A stretch of 63,123 bases of DNA, filler included, from Choristocarpus tenellus KU-1152 (lineage: Eukaryota > Protista > Phaeophyceae), in the NCBI GenBank assembly GCA_964200185.2. It is 11 parts of 11 records of this genome, joined end to end, with 100 filler letters (N's around TTAATTAATTAA, not from the genome) between each part and the next. Parts side by side here need not be neighbours in the genome. Positions count along the whole stretch, not along the records: positions 1 to 5,344 come from CAXNAD020011081.1; positions 5,445 to 8,160 come from CAXNAD020025359.1; positions 8,261 to 17,762 come from CAXNAD020003624.1; 8 more parts are not named here. One strand, 5' to 3'. Positions within the stretch are counted from its first letter, which is position 1; every line of letters starts with the position of its first letter. Position numbers and translations under genes: made by a program. Positions 1-11,600 of this stretch are shown here, in pieces. The notes beneath the pieces are model-generated. The model was not told where the DNA came from. It searched no databases and saw only the letters and a program-made list of their open reading frames with translations.

Positions 1-632
1 CCTACAGATCCGCTAGATATGATGCCAGATACTGTCCCAGTGGATGTGACCAAGTATATGTGGGTATGCCAAGGAAATGCACGACAAGCACCAAGAGACC
101 CGGAGAGGAAGGCAATTTACATATCGGCCCTTCGGAGTGTCAACAACTCCAAAGCATGCTTGGAGTTTAAGAAGAAGACGTGGAAGTAGTATCGGCGATA
201 ATAAACTGGGGGAACTATGATGTAGTGTCAAGTTGGTTTGCATCAGAGTGTGTCCTTTTGGAGGATGTTCATGATGGTGGAGTTTTGTCAAGATTGACCT
301 GGAAGTATACTATCCATGAAAAAAATCGGATTTCTTTCCTTCTCACTGAACAGAATAGCCAGGTAGGATTTGTCACCATGGGTATCCATGATCCACTCTA
401 AATCTACAAAATATTGTATTTTACACCGTACACATCAGTAAATCAACCAATGAGAACAGGTTTGTGCTTTTGTTGTTTGATTTTGTGAGAAGACCTTGAA
501 GATGAAGAACCCATATCTGTCAATTTTGACTCAACATTTCAACATTATGAAGTAATGGAGAGTAGTTGCCACACTATCATACAAAGAGGACAAGGACTAA
601 AATGTCATTGCCGTCCTACCATTTCCGTGTCA

Positions 633-939
633 GAAACAAAGTATCTGGGAGGGGGTGACGGTTGTCCCCTTTTGGGTCCATTTGCCACGTCGAGATTTTC
701 GTGTGAACCAAAGCATTGAATCCCTACGGGTTTTTTTATCCCCATTTCGGTTTCTGTGTGAACAAAGGTACCTATTCCGAAACGTTTCAGAGGAGGTAAA
801 ATATATGCAACTAAGAAAGGTGTGTCGGGAGCAAGGATAATGACACTTGCTAACAAACACGACGACCAAAATTCATCAATCGCAACATTGGATATATGAC
901 CTCGGACGGGCACAGCCCTACCCTCTTGAATATTTGTCT
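633..939. mobile_element. Chimeric MITE: family-B left end, family-A right end
   Basis: Left end GAAACAAAGTATCTGGGAGGGGG..GGGTCCATTTG matches family B. From about 770 the sequence matches the family-A interior (TGTC.GGA.CA.GGATA.TGACA...GCTAACAAACACGA, cf. 11590-11640) and ends in a degenerate A terminus CCTACCCTCTTGAATATTTGTCT. No clean TSD. Confidence 0.7.
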
Positions 940-1766
940 TTTTCCTGTCTCCAATCGTCCTCACCCTCGCTGAGAGAATCCTTGGTATTTGTCCTTGACA
1001 AGTCATTACTGTGGCGAGGTGAGTCGTCATGTGATGGAGCACTTGCGAAGCAACCCCTGACGTAGCTCCTGCTCTTGTTGCCACTGTGGATCCTCCAGGT
1101 TCACTCACCTCGGACCTCACCCTCATCGCTGTTGTTGGACAAGTCGTCACTGACAATTTGTTTGTCTCCTTGGATAGTTTATTGCCCTCCCCAGTAGCCT
1201 GGACTTTGATAACCCGGCTACTATCCAATTTGTTTGCACATCATCGGTGCTGTCTGCTCCCCCCTCATCTGGGTCGCCCTCAACTTCCCTCCTACTCCTT
1301 TGTGTGGACAGAATTGTAGTCATGTCTTCTCCTTTCTCATTCTCAGTGTTCAGACCCTTCATTACCAGATCTCGCTGCACGAACGCTCCACTGATGTCTT
1401 AGACGTTGTAAACATGTTGACAGTTTCCTAACAAGGCCTTCCACGTGTTGAAACTTGAGTTGCAAAGAAGTTGTGCTTGGTTGTGCTTGGTTGTCATAGT
1501 GCAACAATGCACTGGTGAATTCGTTCTGGCTAGGTCTGACGACATGTTTCAATCAATCAGAGAAAGTTTGATGTAAAAGTGTAGTCAATCATCGAGCTGC
1601 TCAAATGAAGAAATGCATCCTCTGTGAAGAGGCTTGTCACCTTGACTGAGAAAGGTTTCTGAGGATGTTTTTAACTCTCTCTATATTGCATCCCGGTGTG
1701 TGTCTGGTACACGTACTAGTACAAAGAGAAAATGTTGTCTTATGATGGGGCAATGCCAGTAAAAGA

Positions 1767-1873
1767 GGGCCAAACTATATTGGGGGGTGGGCGGGCGTCC
1801 GTTTGGGACCTTTCTTTCGATTTTCCCACTTTTTTTGGTGATTTGGTTTCTGTGTTGGATTTTCAATGTGTTC
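1767..1873 (+). mobile_element. Degenerate left end of a family-B MITE variant leading into the tandem array
   Basis: GGGCCAAACTATATTGGGGGGTGGGCGGGCGTCCGTTTGGGACCTTTCTTTCGATTTTCCCACTTTTTTTGGTGATTTGG aligns by eye with 44149-44250. Confidence 0.7.
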
Positions 1874-2725
1874 AAACAGGACTGTTGGTCAGGGTATGTT
1901 GCCCAACGGTTCACATGAAGAATGGGAAAATATATAATGGTTGTTTTCAGGTTAGTTTAGTTTTTCTTTGGTTGCATGAGTCGGATTTTGTATGTACACT
2001 AACAGGGTTATCAGTTAGGGTCTGTTGTCCTAGGGTTAGCACGAAGAATGAAAAAATATACCATCGTTTGTTGTTAGGTTAGTTTATTGTTTTTTTGGTT
2101 GCGCGTGTCGGATTCCGCATGTACACAAACAGGGCTGTCGATTAGGGTCTGTTGTCCTAGGTTTCGCATGAAGAATGAAAAAATATATCATCCTTGGTTT
2201 TCAGGTTAGTTTTAGTGTTTCTTGTTTGCATATGTCGGATTTCGCATGTAGACAAACAGGGCTGTTAGTTAGGGTCTGTTGTCCTAGGGTTCGCGTGAAG
2301 AACGAAAAAACATACCATCCTTTGTTTTCGTGTTAGTTAAGTGTTTCTTTGTTTGCATATGTCGGATTTCGCATGTAGACAAACAGGGCTGATAGTTAGG
2401 GTCTGTTGTCCTACGGTTCGATTGAAGAATGAAAAAATATACCGTCGTTTGTTTTCAGGTTAGTTTATTGTTTTTTGGTTGCACATGTCGGATTTCGCAT
2501 GTACACAAACAGGGCTGTCGACTAGGGTCTGTTGTCCTAGGTTTAGCATGAAGAATGAAAAAATATACCATCCTTGGTTTTCAGGTTAGTTTTAGTGTTT
2601 CTTTGGTTGCATCTGTCAGATTTCGAATGTAGACAAACAGGACTGTTAGTTAGGGTCTGTTGTCCTATGCTTCGGATGAAGAATGAAAAATATACCATAC
2701 TTTGTTAGGGGGTTAGTTTAGTGGG
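1874..2725 (+). repeat. Tandem satellite, ~126-128-bp unit, ~7 copies
   Basis: The motif AAACAGG(G/A)CTG..TTAGGGTCTGTTGTCCTA..GAAGAATGAAAAAATATA recurs at 1874, ~2001, 2127, 2254, 2381, 2507 and 2635. Confidence 0.95.
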
Positions 2726-5070
2726 TTGATTTCATCCTGATGACTGGGTTAGGTTAGGGTGATGAAGGTTGAGCATGACACAGAGACAAAATTTGGGTAG
2801 GACGCATGGCGATTTTATGTTGACATGGCATATAAATGGGCCTAGGGTAAGGGTTAGGGTAAGGTTTATGATTAGTGTTATTGTGTGAGGGGGGGTGATC
2901 CAGGCCATTCGTCAAGTTTATGGAACTTGTTTGTGGTAGTCTCAGCGTTAGTGTTGTGGTTAGGAGTATCGGACGTGGACTTCAGGGAATATTCTTTGAA
3001 GATTGAAAGCAAGGCGAAATTCACCTTTGTTTATTAAAGCGTGGGGAAAGCATGAGATGCTTGTGTGATTGCTGTGGGTTCTGTATTGTTAGGAATTGTC
3101 AGGGTTTGGAAAACGGTTGAACACCACTTTGTCCTGTGTACAAAAACGAACGGTTGGAGGGAGGGATAGAGTTTGTGTCGGGGTTAGGTACCAAAAAAGA
3201 AGAAATCATGCGATGATGGTTGGATCCTACGCAATGCATCGCAGTTAGGGTTATGATGGACCCCTCTCCACGTTATGGTAAGGAGTGGTGTTGAAGTGAA
3301 CAAATGTTGACGAAACCTTTTCAAGTCTGAGGTTTGCAAGGTTGGTGTATGTACATGTTGCGACTTCTTTCGGTTCATTTGGAGGTAGGGAGGTGAACCC
3401 AAATATTGAACCAAAGCCATATTTTGGTACGCACTGATGGTTATGAGGAAGCCACAGGCTCACTAGAGGGACACGTTTTCTTGTCAGTAATGTGCGAAGA
3501 GTTAGTTGGAGAAACATGGTCGAGAAAAGATGAAGTATGGTGTTTTGATATGGTGAATTGAATAATGAGAAGTAGAGGGGAGCTAGATAGGGTTTGGAGA
3601 AAAATTAACGGCCGAGAAGGAGATAATGTGTCAAATGTACGCCTTGGCAAAATGTTTGGAAACATAGCCGAAAAGAACAATGACAAGAGTTGGCTAGAAA
3701 TCTTATATTTTGGCAGTCTGAACCTTGGATTGGACACACTTCATTAAATAACAACAATTTAAGCCAAACCCTCAAGATTAGTATCGTATATGATGTGCAG
3801 ACACCTCTGACTGGTCTGCATGGATCCGGTACCATTGTGGAAAGGCATAACCCATCAGATCAAAACTGCACGAACGTGGTAGTCGGAAACCGTCTGAGGT
3901 ACAGGTAGCCTCGAATTAAACAAAAGTAACGCGACCCGTACTCCAAGAAAAACCAGAAACGAACAAGGCTCTATTTATTGATGGGCGTATTGGAATTGAC
4001 ACTCCTCGCCCTTCTCCCACCAGTCTTACAAGTTTGGGTTAATCCTCAGTTAGTCGATGCCATAGGTTCAGTACCGTTGAATACCTCTCGTTCTACAGTT
4101 CTGGCTTCACCAGGCTCAGGAATACGGCTTTCTTTGCGTGGAGGGCTTCGATATCTCCCAGACGCAATGTGCTCTTGGATTTACCTCCATCACCACTCAG
4201 CTTACTGAGGATTTCCTGATGTACGTAGTAGTGATCCCCTTGGACAATATTTTTTGCCGCTTTGCTGGCCTTGACTCGTCTGAACCCATTGTTGTGACCT
4301 GTCCCGCGATCTGTATCTGGACATAGTACTGCGAAGTTGTTGGTTTTGTTGCTGGTCGGAGGAGTTCCGTCATGCACGCCTCCATGAAATCTTCCGTTAT
4401 TCCCACCATGGTTGGACCGCCGGAGTGGACTGATTGCGGTCTGGCACATGGGTAATCACCACATGCTGAATGGTCCCCCTCTTCATCCTGGACCACGTCA
4501 CCTAAACCTTCTGTGACCGGTGTGTCACTCTGGTCCATTCTTTTGTCTGCCAAAGCTGTTTCCGTCTCTCTGCTTGTACCGGCAGAAGTAAAGATGTTCG
4601 TGAAAAAGGTTGCTTGTCCTTCATGCCCATCCTGTCCACGAGGCTTCTCGGCTGGTACGACCCGTCCAACAGCTGTTGACGACATCATATATCCTATTGA
4701 CTGAAGTAAGAGTCTTGCCAAGTTTTGCTTTTCTTTGCCGAAGACTTGTCTCTCAGAGAAGAACAGGATGCTTTCCTCACAACGGTAGATTCCATTGACT
4801 CGGCATGGATGGAGCTCCCACTTCTCTCCCCAATCTCGTCATCCCTCTCCCTTTTAACCGTTGAGTCAAGATCCATGAACTCGTCCCCACTGGTACCCAT
4901 TGTATTGATGATAGGACACCTTCCAGAATCATTCCCCCCAGGCATGGACTCCGATTCTGCGTCTGGCACCTCCCCCATGTCTTCCTCGTCATCCTTCTCG
5001 GAAGAAGGACAAAACACTAGAACCTGACCGGTCTCTAGCGCCAGTAGAGTCGTGTTCCGAGGTTGGGGTT

Positions 5071-5325
5071 GAGCCAAAGTATCTTAGAGGGTATGGCCGC
5101 ATCCATTTGGGGGTCAAAATCCAATGTTGCGATTTTGACGTAATTTTGGCTACCGTGTTAATTAGGAAGTGTCAAAATCCTTGCTCCGGACACACGTTTT
5201 CAGGATGTATCAATTTTATCTACTCCGAAACATTTTGGAGTAGGAAAATGTCATTAAATATCCGTGGAAAGCCAAGCCCCAAATGGACAAACAGGGCAAA
5301 ACTCGTACCCTCTAAGATACTTTCA
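5071..5325 (+). mobile_element. MITE family A (~255 bp); right terminus interrupted by a family-B copy
   Basis: Runs GAGCCAAAGTATCTTAGAGGGTA...TACCCTCTAAGATACTTTCA. The final CTC is replaced by the start of a family-B element. Confidence 0.9.
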
Positions 5326-5344
5326 GGCTCAAAGTATCTGGAGG
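5326..5344 (+). mobile_element. MITE family B terminus, truncated by contig end
   Basis: GGCTCAAAGTATCTGGAGG followed by the linker. Confidence 0.75.
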
Positions 5345-5444
5345 NNNNNNNNNNNNNNNNNNNNNNNNNNNNNNNNNNNNNNNNNNNNTTAATTAATTAA
5401 NNNNNNNNNNNNNNNNNNNNNNNNNNNNNNNNNNNNNNNNNNNN
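5345..5444. other. Artificial contig linker
   Basis: N44-TTAATTAATTAA-N44, stops in all six frames. Confidence 0.98.
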
Positions 5445-6898
5445 CAATACCTGGTCGACCCCCCAAATAGGAAGGGGCCCAAGTGTCCCTGAATACCAGG
5501 GTTGTTCTTGCAGTGCGGCACGCCCTCACAATGGTCCCTGGTGAGCATAAACTGCAGCAATACGTTGGACCTCACGGTGGAGTTTGGAGTGTCTGAGCGT
5601 TTCATGCGAGGGCTCTGGGAGGACGTCACCAATCAGCTTGCCTGTGGCCACACGCTTGACCTAGGGGTGGCGGCATGTAGTGGGCGGCCTTTGGAGCTCA
5701 CACAGACCAAGATGGTCACAATACATAGTATCAACTCTGATAATCGGTCATCCACAGTGCGCTAGGTGACAATGAAGATGGCTGCCAAGGGGCTGAACTA
5801 TAGCATGAGCATCACAAACAGGTGGTTGGATGACATGGGGGCCATGCCAAATCACCGATGAATCCAGCCAAAGCCAAACTTGTGGCAAAATGTATTGTTA
5901 ATGGATGGACTTTGTTTGCGATCAAGTGGACCGGAAATGTGTTTTGTACGCCTCCATGGCAAACATGATCCATGTGGATGAAACCTGGTTTTACGTGATG
6001 GCTGATGGGGAAAGGGTTAGGGTATCTCCGTATGAGGATGATAGTGAGCTTCCGGGGTCCCCCTACTGTGCAGCACAAAAGTCATATCCCCAAGACCATC
6101 ATTATTGTAGTCAACACCCGTCCAGATTTGCCTCACAGCGTTTATGGAAAGCTTGGTGTTTGGTGTGTGTGTGCACCAAAACGGCAGACAGGACAAGCAA
6201 GAACCATAAAAAAAGGGGGACGTGTATGAGCAAGACTGTAGTTTAGACCATATTTGGTACAGAAAGTGGTACACTGAGGAGTCACTGCCTGCAATCAAGA
6301 CCAAGATGCCTTGGTTGCAGGGGAAGCACGTTGTCATTCAGCAAGACAGCCCCACCCCTCACACAGGCAAGGGCAACTTAGAAATCTTGTCAGGGGAGGG
6401 GAAGACTGAGGGGTGGTCGATTAGGCTTGTGACGCAGCCATCTAACTCCCCCGACCTCAATATCATGGACCTGTGCTTCTTCAGGTCTTTAAAATGCTGG
6501 GTGATGGGGGAGCGATTTAGGTCCGTTGAGGATATGGTGAAGGTCATTAAGAAATGGTATGAGGAGTATGATGAAACCACACTTGAGAGGGCTTGGCAGC
6601 TCCTTTTTGCGGTGTACAATCAAGTGGTTAGATGCAAAGGGGGAAATGGCCTCAGTGTGGAGCACACAGGGGTAAGGAAGAGGCAGTTGTATGGTGAGCT
6701 TGAAGTCAAGCTGAAGGTAGACAAGGAGGCTTCTTTCTGTGACTGATTAGATTGTGATGGATGGGGATTAATAAAATATAAAGAGCTGATCCTAACCAGA
6801 AATTCGTGAAGGATTCAAAATCTTCTTTCAGAAATGAATTTCATCAACATCTTCGGAAGTTATGGACAACGAGGTGCAGACTTTTGTCACGGACGTAG
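5445..6898 (+). mobile_element. Tc1/mariner DNA transposon (plant-type DD39D-like), transposase frameshifted; right TIR present, left end not seen
   Basis: Motifs IHVDETWFYV (ORF 5905-6246), VVIQQDSPTPH and QPSNSPDLNIMDLCFF (ORF 6222-6746) are split over several frames. The terminus ...GTCACGGACGTAG|TA (revcomp TA-CTACGTCCGTG) resembles the Stowaway/plant mariner CTCCCTCCGT end with a TA TSD. Confidence 0.88.
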
Positions 6899-7599
6899 TA
6901 TGGTTATTGTGATTATTATGATGATGATTATTGATTATTAGTAATATTAAGACTATGATTATTATTACTACATTAATATTATTGTCTCAATACGTAGCAA
7001 GTAGTTGTGGGATAATCCTTCGTGGTAGTTGTACGTTTAGAGAGATCAGTCAAGATGGATGGTCATGGCAACTTTATGAATATTCATGTAGCAACAAGGT
7101 CAAAATATATCCAGTTCAAGTCTGATGAATGAGTTGGCACAGGTGTCTGTCTATACGACCCAACCACTAGAGTCACTAATAATGACCTCAAGGAAACAAG
7201 AATCCATGGAGATTCTAACCAGAACTGAAACCTAGAATCTATGGTGGTTCTGGTAAGAGGTGGGGCCCAGAATCGATGCAGATAAGATCTGAGACGAGGA
7301 AGAGTCCATACATGGTCAGCATCAGTGACTTACAACGAGGACTATCGGCAAGACTCTCAATTTGAGATGAGGCACTGGAAGTTCTGTTGGACTCGGAAAC
7401 TAGGAAAGAACCTCTATGAAAATCTTAATCTTAGAGACATGGTACACGAAATGCCTCTCAGACGACGCAAATCGGAAAGACCCTCAGTAAGACGCTCAAC
7501 CTGAGATGTGGTATGGGGGTGTCCCTCAGACCTGCTCTCCACATCTATGACATTTGTACAGGTGTCAGGGATAACCAAAACCAAAATCAATGTACGTTG

Positions 7600-7860
7600 C
7601 TATGTTTCTAACCTAGGTTAGCCCTACAAAGGTGTGCGAGATGTAAGGGAAACATCCCAAGAATCTGACAGGAGCCTTCTTGCCCACCTTCCTGGTGTCT
7701 CTTCTAGCTTAAAAGCATAACACATCTCGAGAGAGACACTTGTTCAATAACGGACACTATTTGTCTCAAAAGGGACTTGACAACCCCTTTCCCGGAATAC
7801 CCCCCAGTCCCTCTCCACCCCATATACGTATATATTCCCGTGGATATATATGGGGATCTT
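7600..7860 (-). mobile_element. 3' tail fragment of RLE-type non-LTR retrotransposon
   Basis: Shares TTGCCCACCT.CCTGGTGTCT..TAGCTT.AAA and the downstream ..TGTCTC.....GGACTTGACAACCCCTT with 25215-25350 and 26470-26620. Confidence 0.65.
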
Positions 7861-8140
7861 GTTTCGCGAAGATTGGTTTGGTCCTGTTAGATCCTACTTT
7901 CCCTTTCGATTTTTCAAATTTCGTGTCTCATCTCCATGTCCTTAAAATGAAACTCCAGTTTTATTTAGAGGTCTAGATGTGCGCCTCTACAAGATATGTC
8001 TGCCTGTGATCGCTTTGACTGGACGGGTACATTTCCCCTCGCGTGCCTGGTATTTTTGTTCAATATATGAACATGAAACATGACACGACATCTTCTGTTG
8101 TTGGTGGTATGGGATACGGGATATAGTCATGGAGGGCAAT

Positions 8141-8160
8141 GGCTCAATGTATCTGGGGGG
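8141..8160 (+). mobile_element. MITE family B terminus, truncated by contig end
   Basis: GGCTCAATGTATCTGGGGGG followed by the linker. Confidence 0.7.
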
Positions 8161-8260
8161 NNNNNNNNNNNNNNNNNNNNNNNNNNNNNNNNNNNNNNNN
8201 NNNNTTAATTAATTAANNNNNNNNNNNNNNNNNNNNNNNNNNNNNNNNNNNNNNNNNNNN
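8161..8260. other. Artificial contig linker
   Basis: N44-TTAATTAATTAA-N44. Confidence 0.98.
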
Positions 8261-8329
8261 ACCAAAATCACAACATTGGATTGTGGCCCCCAAATGGACG
8301 CGGCTCTACCCTCTAAGATACTTTGGCTC
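8261..8329 (-). mobile_element. MITE family A terminus, truncated by contig start
   Basis: CAAAATCACAACATTGGATTGTGGCCCCCAAATGGACGCGGCTCTACCCTCTAAGATACTTTGGCTC is nearly identical to 11646-11712. Confidence 0.9.
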
Positions 8330-8635
8330 TAGGAAGGAGGTAAACTTTGGTGAGATAAAGGATATTCATAACAGGTTTCTGGTACATTTGATACCTCAAC
8401 TACAAGAACTGCAGCAATACCAATTACAATAATTTGAAAAACAGAGACAGCAATTGAACAGATACTTTATACCCTCTTGACCAACAACAGCAATGAAAGC
8501 AGTAACAGCAATCCAATCAATCAGTGCAAAGACCAATAACAAAAAAACAGTATAATGAAGGATTTCCCATCAAACAAAACATCTCCTAAGCACACAAGTA
8601 TAATATACTTTGGACTAAACATGTGTGTGTGTCAC

Positions 8636-11600
8636 CTCCCACACAAAGTTCTTTCCCGCCTTCCACAGCCTTGCAGAAACCCCAAATACTCGTACAGGCC
8701 GAACTCGACGACAAGGGCCTTCACCCGAGCACGGAAGTGGTGGAAGGGGTAATGTTGATGCACACTCAAACATATCGCCTCTTTGTGCAATGCATGACAA
8801 AAAGTCCAACGGTACAGGCCACCCAGGCTTCAGATCCTTAATAAGCCTTCAGTAATCCCCCGGAAGGTTCGACGGAGACAAGTAGCCCCATCAATTGCCA
8901 AAACAAATCATGTGCCAGAACAGGGGGGCAGGGGAGTGGGAAGGATTGGGAGTTGGAATAATCAGAGGTATTTGGATATCACAAAATTGGCATACATTTC
9001 CAGTGGGGGAGGTCTCGAAATGCCGATTTGTGGGGGGGGGAAAGGAGGGGCACTAGGGCATGTAATGTGCTAGATAGGCACTGGTGGTACGGTGATCGGT
9101 TGAAGGCAGCAATTTTTTTACTTAGCGACTAACTACAGAAGTGTAAACACCTGAGCATGTGATTAGTAGCATGACAGGCGGAGATATAGATACTTAAAGA
9201 TAGTTTCCGATACTCTGAAGAAAATAAGATTTTCTTTTGTCCACTTCTATGTATGAATGCACTCAATACAGAATCCAGAGTGCTTGTAAAATAGTGTACC
9301 AAATACCACAATTTCAGTTGTACAGTGATGATGGGTATAATAATGTACCATCTTGTATGTTTTTATTCATACACTGGTGGGAAGGGGAATCATGGCAACA
9401 AATACTAAGACCCAGCACTGAGAGATAGGAACTGACTACATAAAAACGTCTAAACCAAATACTACAAAAAGACTCCAAACCCTTTAGTAATTACTATAGC
9501 CATTATAAGTATCTTTGTAATCCTTACCTGCCAAGCACATACAGGGTCAGCAAAAACAAGGTTGACATAAATCACATCACCCTCCCTCTGCATTCCATAC
9601 TCACCCTCGCAGCAGAGCGGATCCGCCCAGACAAAAGTGCCCCCTCTTCCTTCCATTATTAGCATTATTAGCCGGTGGGGGTAAGAACATGCGTGAAACC
9701 TGCTGGCACAAGAGGCTACCCACCTGTGTGTGTTAGTAAGATCAGCAATATTCAGCAAGCCAACCCATCAATGCAAAGGGTTGAGAGGTGTATTTAGGAA
9801 ATCATGGTGAAAATTTGACGTTAAAAAAAAGAAAAAAGAGGCATAGTAATGTGGTTGTCCTCATTACATTGCTGCTAATACGTAACTGTAACTAACCAAC
9901 AAAACCAACATGACCTAAGGACCCCAGGCAAGACATTAAATTGAGAGGTTACACAGTAACCAGAACATTCTGACTCCAATAGAGCAAACAGAGATGGTGG
10001 AAGGTAAAGTTTCCAATCAGCTACCAAACAAATACATTCATAAAAAATACAGGTCCTCCTAAAACTCTCCCAGCAAAAAACAACCAAACCTACATCTTCT
10101 GCAGCATCTGGCTCTTCTGGGCCATGCCAATAATATCCTGCAGAGAACGCCTGTTCCAACGGACGAGGATGTTGAAGAATGACGTAGCTCTTTCCCGGGA
10201 GGGGGCCATGAAGTGCCAAAAGCTTTGGATCTCCCTCCACAGCAAGGGCAATGCCCTGCCCTGGCAGAGAGGGACTCTCCTGCACCTCCAGTACCCTGCC
10301 ACCAAACACCCACACGAATCATGGCACTGGTCAAAAGTATTAATATCCTATTCAACAGCAGAGGTTACTTGGTGTTACACTCTTGAAGTATAAAGTCTAG
10401 TATTACAGTAGTTATTCAGTGGCAGAACTGACAGTTACACAATTACTAAACTCAACAATTACAGGAGTTTCAGAACGATGAAAAGAGCGAGAACCTGTTA
10501 GCGGCATACGCCAGATTGCTTTCACAAATATCTGTAAATATAATCACATCATTACATTCTCCTGAACTACAATCTATTGTGCTAGGACAGCCTCCTTAGG
10601 GTCACATTGAGTGCTATTTTCATATTTTTGTTTTTTTAAACATGATTATAAGACCCCAGAAAAAAATCTGTGAAGCTGGTAACTTGTTGAGGAATATAGC
10701 CAGTGACAGAACCATTTTGCTGTTCCATAAGTGAATTTCATTGGTTTGAATTGCAATAATAGATTTCACCCTATTTATCTTAATAACAAAGTTTAAAACA
10801 TGTATGGTCATTTTCCCCGTTTTTTGCAACAAATGTAAAAGAAATTAAAATACAAACTACCTAATTTTTTTATATGAACATTAATTTTGGGAATATCCAT
10901 ACTTCAAAATGGGGAATAAGACCAGTTTTCCCAAGGAATTGCAGATTACTGTTTACTATGGAAGGCGAGGGTGGAAGAATAGTACTGCAGTATGAGGCGG
11001 ATAGATCCCTGACTGTATAGTCCAATCCCTGCTGTACCATTGTCAGCATCTCCCACAGTAATACTGTACCTCAATTATTACTAAATCAAGACCATTACCT
11101 TGGGGCATATAGTGGTGGAAAACATCAGTGGGAGGACAAGGAAAGCTAGATCCAGAGTGGGCGACAATCAAGGGATCAGACTGAAAAGATGTTTGGGTGG
11201 AGAAGGAACAAGCATAGTGAAATACCATAAGTCACTGACTACTTCTTTTTCTAAACACCTTGATTTGATTATATTCCAAGCTACAGTACCAGTGGTACGA
11301 TATTCACTCTTGCACAAACTGCAATATGATATTTACTTCTATTTCTTCTTTTTCCCAGTCCCATACTATTAAACTAGTGTAATACTGCGTATTGGTAAAG
11401 GACACTCACACCCTTCTGCATCTCTTCTACTCTAGATTAAATGTTGTGAGCTGTGAGTGAAAGTATCTTAGAGGGTACGAGTTTTGCCCTTTTTGTCCAT
11501 TTGGGGCTTGACTTCCCATAGGTTCTTTTAGGACATTTTTCCTACTCAAAAATGTTTAGGAGCAGGTAAATTGTATATATTATGAAAACGTGTCCGGAAC

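Noticed and set aside
605-1228. 207-aa ORF as a gene
   Set aside because: It runs through a MITE and low-complexity decayed sequence; no motif.
1874-2725. CRISPR-like array
   Set aside because: Whole units are homologous with no unique spacers, and there are no cas-like ORFs; it is a satellite.
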